From Balanoglossus misakiensis (lineage: Eukaryota > Animalia > Hemichordata), in NCBI GenBank assembly GCA_040954595.2, contig CM082588.2:2392144-2456143 (forward strand): a stretch of DNA of 64,000 bases, given 5' to 3'. Positions 63,547-64,000 of the stretch are shown in pieces (the first letter of the stretch is position 1; every line of letters starts with the position of its first letter). The notes beneath the pieces are model-generated. The model saw nothing but the letters and a program-made list of their open reading frames with translations, was not told the DNA's origin and ran no database searches. The position numbers and the translations under genes were made by a program.

Positions 63547-64000
63547 AATGGTTTGAGCAAATCCCGGCCGAACACTGCTTTCAAGGCAGCGATCGGATAC
63601 CTAAAGTCTCTCTGAGACTAACCATAGGTGTTACGGACCGGGGTTATACGCAGTCTACACACGTGTTTTTGGTAAGCGAGCAGAGAATAACAGAAAGTTA
63701 GTCTGCCATCAGCATGGCCTTATCACACGCTATACTATTATGGCGCTCTTTTGAGACGGACGACATCACACGTTTTCATCTTGCAAAATTCATACGCTGA
63801 ACTCGTTTTACATTCCCGCAGAACGAATACTCCTCTACCTTAATTGCGTGACTTCACTTGTAATATAACGCTGAAACTTATTTCAATGCTCTTGGGCGAA
63901 CCCTCGCTTCGAGGAAGCACCCAAGTCTTTATTTTATGAAGGGATTATATTTTGCCTGCACGATAGTATACAACATTCCATGGCGGTCACTCGTCTAAGG

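Noticed and set aside
1-64000. CRISPR arrays, operons, rRNA/tRNA genes, prokaryotic defence systems
   Set aside because: The sequence is spliceosomal-intron-rich animal DNA; no repeat-spacer arrays or structural RNA genes were seen

Overview
Intron-rich animal genomic DNA, not prokaryotic. It is most likely a marine invertebrate deuterostome such as an acorn worm; this is an inference from vertebrate-like NOX4, MFSD9 and ARID1 exon structure, TTAGGG repeats and a single pre-duplication ARID1. Gene order: NOX4 (+, 5' end upstream of the window, contains a GC-AG intron); two tandem intronless type II membrane SGNH/Cap64-like paralogs (-); MFSD9 (-); a small secreted precursor of a cationic six-cysteine peptide with a knottin/conotoxin-like C-C-CC-C-C pattern (+); a plant-type FAAH amidase (-); ARID1/osa (-). 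Two clear non-autonomous inverted-repeat elements are present. One is a 205-bp element with 32-bp perfect TIRs, an 8-bp TSD and head-to-head telomeric repeats. The best candidates for undescribed biology are the cysteine-rich peptide gene, the SGNH pair and the telomere-repeat element. Family assignments come from motif recognition from memory, not from database searches.
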